64,000 bases of DNA, from the IMG/VR virus record IMGVR_UViG_3300046169_000120, positions 32,001 to 96,000 of that record, one strand, 5' to 3'. How positions within the stretch are numbered: position 1 is the stretch's first letter; each line of letters opens with the position of its first letter. Of the stretch, positions 19,784 through 30,370 are shown one piece after another. This stretch comes from a virus. The position numbers and the translations under genes were made by a program. A model generated the notes under the pieces. It saw only the letters and a list, made by a program, of their open reading frames with translations. It did no database searches and was not told the DNA's origin.

Positions 19784-20273
19784 TGGGATCGGGAAGTTCG
19801 GGATTTTTAACTTCCATAGGATCCTCGAACTTCTCACCTGGATTGTTGTGAAGATCCTTACTAGTGTCATTTTGTTTTTCATTATAGATGCTCATGCATG
19901 CGCCAAAACGATCTCCTTGAATAGGATAACGTTTCTTCATGTTTGCATCTAATATGCAACGAGTAACAAATTGATCACCGCTTTCTTGTGCAGAAGGAGT
20001 TGGATACCGTTTATCTTGATTAGATAAATAATTATTTTTCTCGGAATCAGATTCCTCTTCTTTTTGTGCAGGAAACATTTTTTCATACTCAGAATACTGT
20101 AAAGCTTTATCAATACTTTCGTATGCTTCATTTACATTCTTTCGAACCCAGTCTTCTAGCATCGTGTTATCGTTGACCATCTCATACATCAATCTAGCTT
20201 TTTTCCAAATGTGAAACAATTGAGATTTGATGATTTTATTTGGATTAGAATTACTTTCTGAAATTTCGCTCAT
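19764..20273 (-). CDS. Hypothetical phage protein
   Basis: 169-aa ORF at the end of the head operon, preceded by the GTGTA motif. Confidence 0.65.
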   Translation of the reverse strand: MSEISESNSNPNKIIKSQLFHIWKKARLMYEMVNDNTMLEDWVRKNVNEAYESIDKALQYSEYEKMFPAQKEEESDSEKNNYLSNQDKRYPTPSAQESGDQFVTRCILDANMKKRYPIQGDRFGACMSIYNEKQNDTSKDLHNNPGEKFEDPMEVKNPELPDPIKPLLP

Positions 20274-20292
20274 GATAATGTATTACACTGTT

Positions 20293-20811
20293 TTAATTAT
20301 AATATCCGTCGAGATTTGGATTTTGTCCTGTAGCAGGCGCATCAGCGCCGTGTACTTGATTAGGCTTGGCTCCATATAGGTTATATGCATGAACCAAATC
20401 TTTCAACCTTTCCTGGGAAGATAAGTATGCTTCATGATAACTTTTCGCAGTAAGATTTTTATTTGATCTTTGGATCATTGAGTCCCCTTCTCTTATAACC
20501 TGAAAGTCTGCATTACCATCGCTTCCGTCAATACCCCTTAATACCCTACGATGAGATTTGCGATTATACTCGCTAACATATAATTCTGTTAATATTGATT
20601 GTTCCTCAAGATTAAGCCCGCTAGGATTTGCCCCGCTAAATTGAGAATAAATTAAGTTATTTAATTCCCCCAAATGACCCTCAAGCCATCCAGATATTAA
20701 GCCAATTTGTGTTTCTCTAGCTGCTCCCTGCGGTTCGTAACCAATTTCTTGGTCGTGAATAAAAACCGCCAAATGACCAAGGTTTGTATCTGGATGTATG
20801 TCGTGAGCCAT
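20293..20811 (-). CDS. Hypothetical virion protein, possible head-tail adaptor
   Basis: Size and position downstream of the capsid gene only. Confidence 0.45.
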   Translation of the reverse strand: MAHDIHPDTNLGHLAVFIHDQEIGYEPQGAARETQIGLISGWLEGHLGELNNLIYSQFSGANPSGLNLEEQSILTELYVSEYNRKSHRRVLRGIDGSDGNADFQVIREGDSMIQRSNKNLTAKSYHEAYLSSQERLKDLVHAYNLYGAKPNQVHGADAPATGQNPNLDGYYN

Positions 20812-20812
20812 G

Positions 20813-21235
20813 TTAACCTCTCAAGTAATCGATAACCTCTTTATGCTTCGGATTGTTGGGGTCAAGGTGTAAAGGTTCTCCCATAACTTGAACACTTCCC
20901 TTGCCATGTAAACTTGCATCAAATGCTCGTTTAATCTTGTTTTTTAACACTGTTTTATTTCCAGCTGGAAATACTCCAACCTTAACTGCGAATGCTTGAA
21001 GATCTGTAAGATTCATATCTTGCAGCATATCAGTAAATACTCTTTTATCGTTGGTTTTAAATGGATTAATTTTTGGAATACCTAGGATTTCTTCAAGCTC
21101 GCGTGCCTTAGCGACTTGATCTTCATAACTTTTTCCGTTTGTTTGTTGAAGATTCTCAAGTTGTACTTTCTTCTTTTTTGCGGTTGCTTTTTTAGAAGCA
21201 GTAGACTTGCTCGATGTTGTTTTTTTGTTTGCCAT
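20813..21235 (-). CDS. Hypothetical basic protein
   Basis: 140-aa ORF with Lys-rich N-terminus and a purine-rich SD. Confidence 0.6.
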   Translation of the reverse strand: MANKKTTSSKSTASKKATAKKKKVQLENLQQTNGKSYEDQVAKARELEEILGIPKINPFKTNDKRVFTDMLQDMNLTDLQAFAVKVGVFPAGNKTVLKNKIKRAFDASLHGKGSVQVMGEPLHLDPNNPKHKEVIDYLRG

Positions 21236-21292
21236 AATTTATACCTTTTTCCTTTTAGGATTATACACTAATATATAGTAAATTGATAAAAT

Positions 21293-21322
21293 AAAAAATC
21301 CACCCCAGTTTCCTGAGGTGGA
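21293..21322 (-). terminator. Intrinsic terminator after the major capsid gene
   Basis: TCCACCTCAG-GAAA-CTGGGGTGGA plus U-run. Confidence 0.85.
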
Positions 21323-21354
21323 CCTTTTATAAAACGTTAATTTTTAAATTAAAA

Positions 21355-22494
21355 TTAAACGATAAGACCAAGTAATACGCGATCGTCGATGATCATGCGA
21401 CCCTCTTCAAGAGAACCGTAATAACCAATCTTGGATTGACGTGTTACGAATTGATCGTCGGATACGAGAGAAAACTCATCTCCGGACTCGGAATCGGTAG
21501 CTACTGCACGAATCATGGATTCGCGACTAAGGTCAGCACCAACAAGGATTTGCTCACTAGCACCATCGAATGTTGTTGCGCTAGCGCTCACAGAATAGTG
21601 ATCACCATAGTCTGTACTACCTGCAGCTGTATCAAAAACAGTATTCCATTTTTGACCATTACCCAATTCATTATACTCTTGAATGGATACGCCATAGAAC
21701 TCAGGAATGCCAGCGCTATTGAAAATAGCGTCACGCATTGTGTCGGTACCAGCAATTCCGTCTCCAGCAGTTGGTACTCCACCAGCTCCACCAATTGTGT
21801 TAATTGGGTTGTAAGCTAAACCACGAATTTCTTCTACGATTTCAGGAGAAACAAGAAGATCTGTGATTCCGCGTCCGCGACGATCAGCAGGTGTTCCGCC
21901 AGTCCAAGAAGTATTAATTCTTTTGGCCTTAGTGAACAATTTATTGAGGTCTGAGAGTAAGAAGCGATTAGCTTGTGCAGAACGCATAACGTGTTTTTCG
22001 CTATTCGTTACAGCGTTAGCTAAGGCAGTCATTATCATTGTAGCAGAAGTTTTTTCTTGCTTAAGAAGAATTTCTTGTGCCATACGTGTGAATGTCTTAC
22101 TAACAACGTCAAGTCTGGAACGAGAAGCATAACGCTTATCGAAACTCAATGCACTGTCGAGAGTATAAGTTGTGAACTTAAGCTCGCTTTGTGAAGGAGC
22201 AACTTGGTTGGTAGGAAGTCCACCAGGAACTGATTGACTCCATACTTGGATGTAATCTTCGTCAGTAATGTCGTGGTAAAGATCCAAAGGAATACTTGGG
22301 CTCTCGTCACTGTTAAACTGAAGACTAGTAAACATGTTGCTTACTGTAGGGGCTGTGTTAACAACTTCTGCCAAAACTGGACCGATAAATTCGGCTAAAG
22401 CAGTTTGAGCTTCATATGCAACATCGCGATTCTTCGAAGCCATAGCTTTGATAAGCTCGGCTTGCTCGGGAGTGTTTTGTAAAGTAATTTTCAT
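21355..22494 (-). CDS. Major capsid protein (probable)
   Basis: 379 aa; order terminase-protease/scaffold-decoration-this gene-strong terminator; SD AAGG. Confidence 0.75.
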   Translation of the reverse strand: MKITLQNTPEQAELIKAMASKNRDVAYEAQTALAEFIGPVLAEVVNTAPTVSNMFTSLQFNSDESPSIPLDLYHDITDEDYIQVWSQSVPGGLPTNQVAPSQSELKFTTYTLDSALSFDKRYASRSRLDVVSKTFTRMAQEILLKQEKTSATMIMTALANAVTNSEKHVMRSAQANRFLLSDLNKLFTKAKRINTSWTGGTPADRRGRGITDLLVSPEIVEEIRGLAYNPINTIGGAGGVPTAGDGIAGTDTMRDAIFNSAGIPEFYGVSIQEYNELGNGQKWNTVFDTAAGSTDYGDHYSVSASATTFDGASEQILVGADLSRESMIRAVATDSESGDEFSLVSDDQFVTRQSKIGYYGSLEEGRMIIDDRVLLGLIV

Positions 22495-22512
22495 TTTCTT
22501 AAATTTCCTTTC

Positions 22513-23142
22513 TTAGAAGCTGATTTTGCAGAGAAACTTTGCAGAACTATCGCTAGTATCAGTTCCTGTTGCAATTACTTTTCCTACAACAGCTGTTCCA
22601 GCACCACTAGTACCTGCTGCGGCCAATTGTCCAGCTACAGAAGAGATAACAAGGTTATCGTTTAATGAAGGAGCACTTTCAAAAGCTGCTGCAGTTAAAA
22701 GAACTAATCCTTTGGTCAAAACAGGAACTGTTTGTCCAGGAAGAACTCCTTGCGCTTCATCAAGCTTTTGTTTGTAGTACAACATTTTTTCACCATTTTC
22801 ATCAAAAGCAAGAGTTTCACGAAGTGTGATTCCCAGAGCTTTGTCTGCGGTGTCAGCGTCAGCAAGCGCAACAGTCATACCGTTAGAGGGGTATGCGTTA
22901 AATCCGACATGTGAACCATTGCTTGCTCCAAGGTAATCTCTAAGATTACCTGAAGTGGAAAGCGTGGATGGTGCATCACCGGGGAGTGCGCCCGCAGCTA
23001 CTTGAACAACAACACCTGCGTCAAATTCGCCGCTACCGCTAGCAACAAAACTCGAAAGAGTTGCTGAGCTAACGTCAAGCGAGAACAAATTGACAACGTC
23101 ATGTTCGCTGTAGTCTCGGTATGGTAGTATTCTTTTTGCCAT
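22513..23142 (-). CDS. Capsid decoration/cement protein (probable)
   Basis: Ala/Gly/Ser-rich 209 aa between scaffold and capsid; VPVLTKGLV and VVGKVIA beta-tulip-like motifs. Confidence 0.6.
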   Translation of the reverse strand: MAKRILPYRDYSEHDVVNLFSLDVSSATLSSFVASGSGEFDAGVVVQVAAGALPGDAPSTLSTSGNLRDYLGASNGSHVGFNAYPSNGMTVALADADTADKALGITLRETLAFDENGEKMLYYKQKLDEAQGVLPGQTVPVLTKGLVLLTAAAFESAPSLNDNLVISSVAGQLAAAGTSGAGTAVVGKVIATGTDTSDSSAKFLCKISF

Positions 23143-23162
23143 AATTTTTTTCTTTCTATATA

Positions 23163-24788
23163 TTAGTATGAAATTTTAACAGATTCTTTGAAAGTCTTGG
23201 AAAGACGATCACGAAGTGAGTCTCCATCCGAAGAGCTTTCATTGTTGTTTACAACAGCAGCTTCTTCAACTTCAAGCGAGTCAAGAGCTTCAGATACTTC
23301 GTCAGAAGTTTCTTCTGTAGCTTCTACCTCTTCTTGAATTTCGGATGCTTGTGCAACTTCAACTTCAACTTCTGTTTTTTCTTCTGTCGCAGCTTCAACT
23401 GTTTCGAGGCGCTTTGCAACTTCTGCAGCTACGCGATCTTCGAATGCCTTTTGCTCGGCAGCGATAAATTCTTTGTTTTTATGTTTCCAAACCTTAGCAA
23501 GCTTTTCTTGATAACCTGCAAAACTTTCTTCAGTTTCGTCAAGGTCAGTAAGTTCAGACGCTACGATTTTAGAATCTTCTTCGTCAAGGTCATAGATTTC
23601 GTTCAACATCTCCATGCGAGCATTAAAACGAACTTCAGATTCGCGAGCAGTATTTTCTTGCTCGAGAGCTGAAAGCTTCTCTTGAGTGGATTGCAGTTGC
23701 TGTTCTACTTCACCCATTTTCTCTTGAAGAGAATTTTGAGCCTGAACAGCTTCTTCTTTTTCAGCTTTAGCCTTGTCGAGATCAGCAACGTATTGTTCGC
23801 CTTTCTCACGGATAGCCTCGATAAACACTTTTGAGATGCTTGCGACGCTCTCTTCAGAGAAATCTTGGTTGCCAAGCTTTTCGTCTAAAGCTGCTCGGAA
23901 TTCATTTATGATTGTGTCTTTGTCCATAATAGTATTATTATTGGTTTCTTTGTTTAGTACATTTTCTTGTGAGGAATGGGAAGTTTTTTTGCTTTTTGTT
24001 ATTAATTCGTCGATTGGCTCATTTCTGCTTGATGTTGCAGCCTTGGGTTCACCTTGTTGAGTGACTAAACCTTTTACATCTGCCGCAGGGTTGGAAGTGA
24101 AACCTATTCCTAATGGATATATCTCACCAACAATCAAGCGATTAACTTTTCGACCGTCTTTCAATGCCCCTTTTCCTCCCAAAGATTTTAAATAAGGAGA
24201 GTACGCTTTAATCTCTTGAGGATCTGAAACAATTGTTGATTCGTGCAAGTCATCTCCACCAACAGATATTACATAATCATTAAAACCAACTTCCCAACTT
24301 GTAGAAACAGTTTGATAATAATCGCTTTCTGGGTCGGTTGAGTTCATAACCAAATCAGTAAACTCTTTACTCGCCGTTTTATAGACTACTGCGGCAAGTG
24401 CAATATTGTAAGCGCCTTCAGTAATCAAAGCTTCGTCATCACTTATTAATTCAGATGAATCATCATATCTTGAGAATCCGGCAGATACGATATGCCCAAC
24501 AATTCTATCTCTATCGTGTTCAATGTTAGTTGGTTTATGAATGAAAAAATCTTTGATTGCTACAGCAGCCTCGCTATCAATACCATCTCCATTTTTATTA
24601 AATTTATTTACTACTGCTGCATTGAATGCCACTCCAAGCAGGTCAATATTTCTATCAAGATCGATATTTTGAGGAATCAGAGGCTTGAGCGAATCAAGAG
24701 ATGCCTGGCTGATATTCGAATGCTCGATGTCACTTGATGCGAAAACTACGCTATCAAAAGTCGCGGTGTATTTATATTCTTTAGACAT
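23163..24788 (-). CDS. Prohead protease-scaffold fusion (probable)
   Basis: NKNGD, KPTNIEH..IVGHI, STSWEV, GIGFTSNPA protease-like N-half; acidic coiled-coil C-half. Confidence 0.75.
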   Translation of the reverse strand: MSKEYKYTATFDSVVFASSDIEHSNISQASLDSLKPLIPQNIDLDRNIDLLGVAFNAAVVNKFNKNGDGIDSEAAVAIKDFFIHKPTNIEHDRDRIVGHIVSAGFSRYDDSSELISDDEALITEGAYNIALAAVVYKTASKEFTDLVMNSTDPESDYYQTVSTSWEVGFNDYVISVGGDDLHESTIVSDPQEIKAYSPYLKSLGGKGALKDGRKVNRLIVGEIYPLGIGFTSNPAADVKGLVTQQGEPKAATSSRNEPIDELITKSKKTSHSSQENVLNKETNNNTIMDKDTIINEFRAALDEKLGNQDFSEESVASISKVFIEAIREKGEQYVADLDKAKAEKEEAVQAQNSLQEKMGEVEQQLQSTQEKLSALEQENTARESEVRFNARMEMLNEIYDLDEEDSKIVASELTDLDETEESFAGYQEKLAKVWKHKNKEFIAAEQKAFEDRVAAEVAKRLETVEAATEEKTEVEVEVAQASEIQEEVEATEETSDEVSEALDSLEVEEAAVVNNNESSSDGDSLRDRLSKTFKESVKISY

Positions 24789-24805
24789 TTAAATAAAATG
24801 TACAC

Positions 24806-26677
24806 TCAGTTTATAAACATGGGAGTAAAGCTATAATCAATATTCTCTGTTTTTGCATTCATCATATCATAATAAAGTTTAACCATCCAATTGCCAAGTA
24901 CAAGAGCGGAATAACTGTCTTTTCTCGCTTTTTCTGGACCAGTTTGACGTTTCAAACTTGGCGGTAAATCGAAATTTTGAGTACCTCCCGCAGATGTTGT
25001 TATCTGAACAAGGGAGCACTGCGTCTTGATTAGATTCATCATATCAAACTGATGTTCAACAAAGTCGATCATTTTTGCAGCATTTGTTTGACGCTCTAAA
25101 CTTTGCGATGTTCTCAGGAATTTTATATCCTGAATAGGTATTTTTTTGTTGCGTTGCTCATTGTATGCATCATCAATCGCGCGGCTAGCAAAGAATATTC
25201 TGTGATGATCAAAATTCGCCTGCAATAATTCATTTGCTAATCGTATCCATTGACTGGTAGGTTTTCTTAGGTAACAAATAGTTTTATCATCAAGATTATA
25301 CTCTCTTTTCCCTTCAATAAGTTTTTCTTGGTAGTGCTCTAGATCATCAAAGTTTGTGTTTAGACATTGTATATTGATTTTGTTTTTCTTGAACAAACTA
25401 CTTTCATTGCATGCATTGATAAATTGTACGCCTCCATTATAATCGCCGACAATAGAGACAATATTAAAATGAGTTAACAAGTAGTGAAAATAAAATATAT
25501 GTTGTTTTAAATTTGTTCCGCTGAGCGCATAACTATGAACGACAGTTCCATTTTTTTTGTCGTCATTCAACTTGAGTACCATCATTGCAAAGTCATCACT
25601 ACTTTCACTTTCTGCCCAACTAGGGTCAAATGCAAGAATATATTTTGCACCCACTTCACCGCAGACCTCTATAGTTGGATTCTCTCCGTCCTTGAGAGTG
25701 CAGGATGCCATTTTGGATGTTTTAAAGTATCCACTACTATCATCAGTGAATATCGATCCAAACTCTCGATCAAACTGACTCTGACTCATTGTGGATTTCG
25801 CTTGATTTAATAGATTTTGGTCATACAACTGTTTTGGCGCACAATCATAACTAAATTGCATTATTACTCTATGAGCATCACTTTGTTTTTTGCTGCCACT
25901 TCGTATCAAATTTTCAAACTGTTCGTATGCTTTGTACATATACTCAAATTTATAACTTGCAGAAGAAAGTGCTATAAGTTTATTATTTTTCCAGACGTGT
26001 CGATCATCTTCACGCATCTTTCCTTGTTCAATTAGATCAGTTTCTAAATTATACAATGATTCTCGTTGTGTTGGATTTTCTACGACACTCAAGAATGGTA
26101 TAATGACCTCATTATAGATCCGCTCAGGCATTAATGCAAACTCATCAATTATGATTCTATGAAAACGAAAACCACGAAGCTTTTCACCGTCACCAAGTGG
26201 CAATGCACGAATTCTACTACTGCCAATTTCGAGCAGCCACTCGTCATTACTTTTTGATTTGTGCGTGATGCATTGTGAAAGATATGCAGCTCCAGGTTTG
26301 CTGGCAATATCTTCTATTTTTTTGAAGATCATTTTTGCCTGACGAAATGATTTAGAAAGTATTCCAATCTCAACTCCTTGATTTAGTAGTGCATCAAGAT
26401 ACGCATAAATTGCGGTGGTGAATGATTTACTCATACCCCGACTCCACACACCCATGAAGTAATCTGTCTCGAACATAGCCTTGATTGCCATATGTTGAAA
26501 GGGAAACAGTTGTACACCGCTCACCAAGTCAGCAGTGAATGTGATATTTTCTCTTAAAAACTCATACAATAATAATTTAGCTTCCTTTTCTTCAATAAAA
26601 CCTTTAATCTCTCCAAGTTTTTTGTTAAAGTCTTCGTCTCCTCTGCGCGAAAGTTGATTTCCTGTCTCCCAAGCCAT
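24806..26677 (-). CDS. terL: Terminase large subunit
   Basis: LFPFQ, SRGMSKSF Walker A, LRGFR..IIIDE Walker B, LSSA motif III, LAFDPS and KDSYSAL nuclease motifs. Confidence 0.9.
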   Translation of the reverse strand: MAWETGNQLSRRGDEDFNKKLGEIKGFIEEKEAKLLLYEFLRENITFTADLVSGVQLFPFQHMAIKAMFETDYFMGVWSRGMSKSFTTAIYAYLDALLNQGVEIGILSKSFRQAKMIFKKIEDIASKPGAAYLSQCITHKSKSNDEWLLEIGSSRIRALPLGDGEKLRGFRFHRIIIDEFALMPERIYNEVIIPFLSVVENPTQRESLYNLETDLIEQGKMREDDRHVWKNNKLIALSSASYKFEYMYKAYEQFENLIRSGSKKQSDAHRVIMQFSYDCAPKQLYDQNLLNQAKSTMSQSQFDREFGSIFTDDSSGYFKTSKMASCTLKDGENPTIEVCGEVGAKYILAFDPSWAESESSDDFAMMVLKLNDDKKNGTVVHSYALSGTNLKQHIFYFHYLLTHFNIVSIVGDYNGGVQFINACNESSLFKKNKINIQCLNTNFDDLEHYQEKLIEGKREYNLDDKTICYLRKPTSQWIRLANELLQANFDHHRIFFASRAIDDAYNEQRNKKIPIQDIKFLRTSQSLERQTNAAKMIDFVEHQFDMMNLIKTQCSLVQITTSAGGTQNFDLPPSLKRQTGPEKARKDSYSALVLGNWMVKLYYDMMNAKTENIDYSFTPMFIN

Positions 26678-27594
26678 TATATTAATTTATTGCTGATGTA
26701 ATATTGTAAATCAACATTCCATAATTTCTTACCTAACGTTAAAATTTTTGGAATTAGTTGTTGGGACTGTTCCCTGCCACCTGTAAAAATAAACTGGCAA
26801 TTACCAGAGAAATCGTGCGCTAATACCCTCATGTTGTGATAAATATACTTCATGTTGGATGTGTGTGGCGACCATTTATTACGCTTTTCCATGGTACTCA
26901 TATCTGTTTCTGTTACCACAAAAAGGTAACTGTCAAAATCTTTCGTACGTTGAAGTTCTGCACGAAATCGATCGAGGTTGTTTTTGCTTAGCGTGGACTT
27001 GAAATCCGTTTCGCTTTTTCGATCAACGTATGTATAATCGTAATGATTGCTGCCCACAGCATAGTCTCCAAAGTCTAATTTTAATGATTCTGAACTGTCA
27101 AACTCAAGAGGTTGTTGTTCACGGGTGTCGATAAATATTTTAACATCATCTGGTACAGGGTTTTGCCATTCATCTGGCAAGCGCGTGCTAAACAATGGTT
27201 TTACTCCAACTAAATCACAAGCTTTGCTATATGAGCCAAAATGCTTTTGATATAAATCAACAGTAGGCATTTCGCTCGTTTTTAGCTCTACATGTGATGG
27301 ACCAAACTTCAACTCCTTACGCTTAATTCTTCGATCAAGCAATTCAAGAATATATTCTTTTACTTGTTTATCGGGGGTGCTTTTGCACCAATCCAACAAC
27401 TGTTGTCGGTTAGCGAAATCTCGGTCAAAATATTGTTCTTTATTTTTAAATGGTAAAGGGCTCCCAGTGAGCAAATTATTTCGAGGATAATATTTGGTAT
27501 AATATTCTGCAAGAGTAATTTTGTGAGAGCGTAAATGCATATGTAAACTTTTCTGGCTCTCAAATTGCGCAGAGCATATCTTACACTGATTCAT
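26677..27594 (-). CDS. C2H2 zinc finger plus ERCC4-type nuclease
   Basis: CKIC..F....L..H...H; IDTREQ.P, LDFGDY, VDRKS..DF. Confidence 0.82.
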   Translation of the reverse strand: MNQCKICSAQFESQKSLHMHLRSHKITLAEYYTKYYPRNNLLTGSPLPFKNKEQYFDRDFANRQQLLDWCKSTPDKQVKEYILELLDRRIKRKELKFGPSHVELKTSEMPTVDLYQKHFGSYSKACDLVGVKPLFSTRLPDEWQNPVPDDVKIFIDTREQQPLEFDSSESLKLDFGDYAVGSNHYDYTYVDRKSETDFKSTLSKNNLDRFRAELQRTKDFDSYLFVVTETDMSTMEKRNKWSPHTSNMKYIYHNMRVLAHDFSGNCQFIFTGGREQSQQLIPKILTLGKKLWNVDLQYYISNKLI

Positions 27595-27598
27595 TTTT

Positions 27599-28651
27599 CT
27601 AAATTACGTCTTCCTTGGATATACCAAGTACTCTAGCTTTCCAGTCAGGCATAGACTCTAAATGATCAGCTTCTTCTCGTGCAGCTTGCTTTTGAAGTTC
27701 GGCGATTTTTATCATAACTTCACGCTCTTCTTCTTCTTGAAACAATTGAACAAGCGCAAGAATATTAGCATTTTGTTGTTGCTTTGTGTTGATTCTTTTG
27801 GAACGATCACCTTGAAGTTTTTGAATGAGAGATTCCATTCTTTTTTCGCATTGATTGTATTCCTCGCTTTTTGTTTTTAATAGTTCTGCCAATCGAACAG
27901 TTAGATCTTGTTGATCTTCTGCCTCATCAAACATTCTATTCAATTTATTGATTGCGCCCTGTATATTTTTTAAATGTATATAATCCATACATACATTGAT
28001 GTATAAATTAATTTCATCACTTGTTAAATCTGGTTTATCCCAGGTTGCACGCACAAATTCTGCCTCAAATAAATCGCGATCTTCTTGACTGTCATAATTA
28101 TTTATAACTTGTATAAAGCGGGGAGAAGCAAGAAAGCCACCTAACGACTCAATTCCTTTTCTTTCCGCCATACTCAATTTATTTTCATCAATACGAGTTT
28201 GAGCGTAATCATTTATTTTCTTTATGATCTTGCTTGGAGCTTTGGGCGGAGAGTATTTCCTAAAGGTTGCGTCTTCAATCGCAGGAGTTGTTAGGTGTTC
28301 ATTGCTTTCAACATATGCATGAATAGCGACGTATTCTTGGCCAACCTTTGTTATTCTTGCGTCTGGAAATAATATAGCTGCAACTTGACCGCAGGTCATA
28401 CCATCACTAATAGAATTATCAATAAAGTCTTTTTGCTCTTGATTTAAAGCTATTGGGTCTTTGGCTCCAAAATGTCGAGTTTCATAATTTATCTCATTAT
28501 CTGCAAGGAATTTTCTTACAGCTCTTCCCTGCTTGCTACGACCATCAATATCTTGTAATTCTGGAAAAACTAATTTTGTTAATTCTGTCAGGTCATTGAT
28601 ATCTTTAGCGCTTTCGCGGATAATATCTTTCTGTTCTTTAGTTAAATCCAC
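27599..28651 (-). CDS. Hypothetical coiled-coil protein, terminase small subunit candidate
   Basis: Helical HTH-like segments plus a long coiled coil upstream of terL; function from position only. Confidence 0.4.
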   Translation of the reverse strand: MDLTKEQKDIIRESAKDINDLTELTKLVFPELQDIDGRSKQGRAVRKFLADNEINYETRHFGAKDPIALNQEQKDFIDNSISDGMTCGQVAAILFPDARITKVGQEYVAIHAYVESNEHLTTPAIEDATFRKYSPPKAPSKIIKKINDYAQTRIDENKLSMAERKGIESLGGFLASPRFIQVINNYDSQEDRDLFEAEFVRATWDKPDLTSDEINLYINVCMDYIHLKNIQGAINKLNRMFDEAEDQQDLTVRLAELLKTKSEEYNQCEKRMESLIQKLQGDRSKRINTKQQQNANILALVQLFQEEEEREVMIKIAELQKQAAREEADHLESMPDWKARVLGISKEDVI

Positions 28652-29424
28652 GGTAGATCAGTTCTTAGGGATATAACATCCTCTCTGGCCAATATATCTT
28701 GAGCTTTTTGCTTAAACATTTTCTTTAAGTTTTTTATTTGCTTGTAACCTGCTTTCCTGCCCTTTTCACTTGTCTTGTAACCCATTTTTTTAGCAACAAC
28801 CTCTTCATCTAAATGCTCAACAAATAATAATTCATATACTTGATATTGTTTTTCGTTTAACTCTTTTTTCATATGAATGTTTAATTTCTCTTGTGCATCA
28901 AGAATATTAAAATTATAATCTTTCATGGCTCCAACCTCATGAGTATGATTTTCTAGGGCTAGAGCCATTTTGATTCCGTAAGCAGGCTTCTTTGTTCGCT
29001 CCCACTTTGCATATAAGGGGCAAGAGGAGTCTTGTAGGCCGCTTTTGGTAAAGCCACACAAAGAAGCCTCACCTCCATCTTTTGTGGCACAATTTTGATT
29101 AAATGGACAGTTTAAGCAAGGCCTCACAAAGTTGCTGTAATTGTTTCGCAAAATGTTCTTCATCTGATTGGTAATAATTTTATTGATCCACGGCTTTAAG
29201 GATCTTCGTTGATCCCATTGATGCCATTTTTTATGAATGTGAGCTTTTATGATTTGCTCAACATCTTCAAAATCAAACCAAGCAAGAGAATCAAGAAACC
29301 ACTTGCCTCTTCTTTTTTTTATTTCAAGATCAATTTCGTCAGATTTGTCCTCGTAGATGAATTTAGGATTTTCTTGGTCTGCCACGTCTTTTAGCTTTTT
29401 TTTGAGAAGGTTTGGGTTGATCAT
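28642..29424 (-). CDS. Phage sigma70-family factor with Cys-rich insertion
   Basis: EDVEQ..WD..RSLKPWI.KI..NQMKNILR (region 2), LNEKQYQVYELLF......VAKKMG (region 4); real start may be GTG 29385. Confidence 0.75.
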   Translation of the reverse strand: MINPNLLKKKLKDVADQENPKFIYEDKSDEIDLEIKKRRGKWFLDSLAWFDFEDVEQIIKAHIHKKWHQWDQRRSLKPWINKIITNQMKNILRNNYSNFVRPCLNCPFNQNCATKDGGEASLCGFTKSGLQDSSCPLYAKWERTKKPAYGIKMALALENHTHEVGAMKDYNFNILDAQEKLNIHMKKELNEKQYQVYELLFVEHLDEEVVAKKMGYKTSEKGRKAGYKQIKNLKKMFKQKAQDILAREDVISLRTDLPWI

Positions 29425-29749
29425 TTTTATTAGCAGCTTCTATTTCCTCGAGAGGGAGAATATCCTTGAGACTAAATTTATTTTTGTCTTGTTCGATGCT
29501 GTATGAAAACTTGGTTATATCCGGAACCTCGTATACATCTGTACCATCGGGATCCTCGATCTCTGCGCGTTCAACAGGAGTTCGTCGTTTTTGAGCTCGA
29601 CGGATGGGTGTCGACTTGCTTGCGCTAGTCGAACTCGTTTTAGCCGCAGATAATATGTTTATACCCTCTCCACAACCACCGCAAAATTTCGGGGCTTGAA
29701 TAGAGTACATATTTTTAAAACCACAATGAGGACAATATGAGAAAGCCAT
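29363..29749 (-). CDS. Zinc-ribbon protein
   Basis: YCPHCG..........FCGGCG. Confidence 0.75.
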   Translation of the reverse strand: MAFSYCPHCGFKNMYSIQAPKFCGGCGEGINILSAAKTSSTSASKSTPIRRAQKRRTPVERAEIEDPDGTDVYEVPDITKFSYSIEQDKNKFSLKDILPLEEIEAANKNDQPKPSQKKAKRRGRPRKS

Positions 29750-29779
29750 AATATATTTATATTATAGCTTAAAATATAA

Positions 29780-30370
29780 TTATATCAAATAACCGCTAAT
29801 TACGCGTGCTTGTTTTTTTACAAATTCTTCAGCTTCTTCTCCCCATGCGCGATTTTCCTTAACATAATCCAGTACAATCACACCAAGAATACGACCATTT
29901 AATGTTTTAATAGGTCGTGCAAATATACTTTTAACACCCTTTTCCTCAAGAAATGATTTGAGTGTTATATCTTCTGTATATTCTTGTAGATTTTGACATA
30001 TAAATGTTTCCTCCTTGGCAATATTTTTTACTAATCCGTGGAAATTTGATGTTCGAATGTTTTGCAATTTGTGGCATTCTGCACTAATTCCTTCACTAAC
30101 CACCTCATATGTGCAACTCAATTTTTGTTGACTGCGTCCTGAAAAATAATGCTCCCCATTATGAAACTCAAGAACATACACTCGATCAGCTTCAGTTTCC
30201 TGCTGAAGGTATTCAATCGCCGTGATTACATTGTTATGGTGGCCTGGGTCATACTGAAATTGTTTACTCTTTTTTTCGTCATACTTCATCTTGAAATATA
30301 TACCGAATACTGCAGTAGCTGCAGAAACTACGCCTGTTAAAACACTAATTATATCAAGCCCACTATTCAT
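29780..30370 (-). CDS. N-terminal TM plus GAF-like domain protein (T4 holin T-like architecture)
   Basis: Single TM helix, ADRVYVLEFHNG, GVKSIFARPI....ILGVIVLDY. Confidence 0.6.
   Translation of the reverse strand: MNSGLDIISVLTGVVSAATAVFGIYFKMKYDEKKSKQFQYDPGHHNNVITAIEYLQQETEADRVYVLEFHNGEHYFSGRSQQKLSCTYEVVSEGISAECHKLQNIRTSNFHGLVKNIAKEETFICQNLQEYTEDITLKSFLEEKGVKSIFARPIKTLNGRILGVIVLDYVKENRAWGEEAEEFVKKQARVISGYLI

Noticed and set aside
10271-26677. Inteins or introns in nrdA, dnaE or terL
   Set aside because: ORFs are of ordinary length with continuous motifs; no intein termini or LAGLIDADG insert seen.
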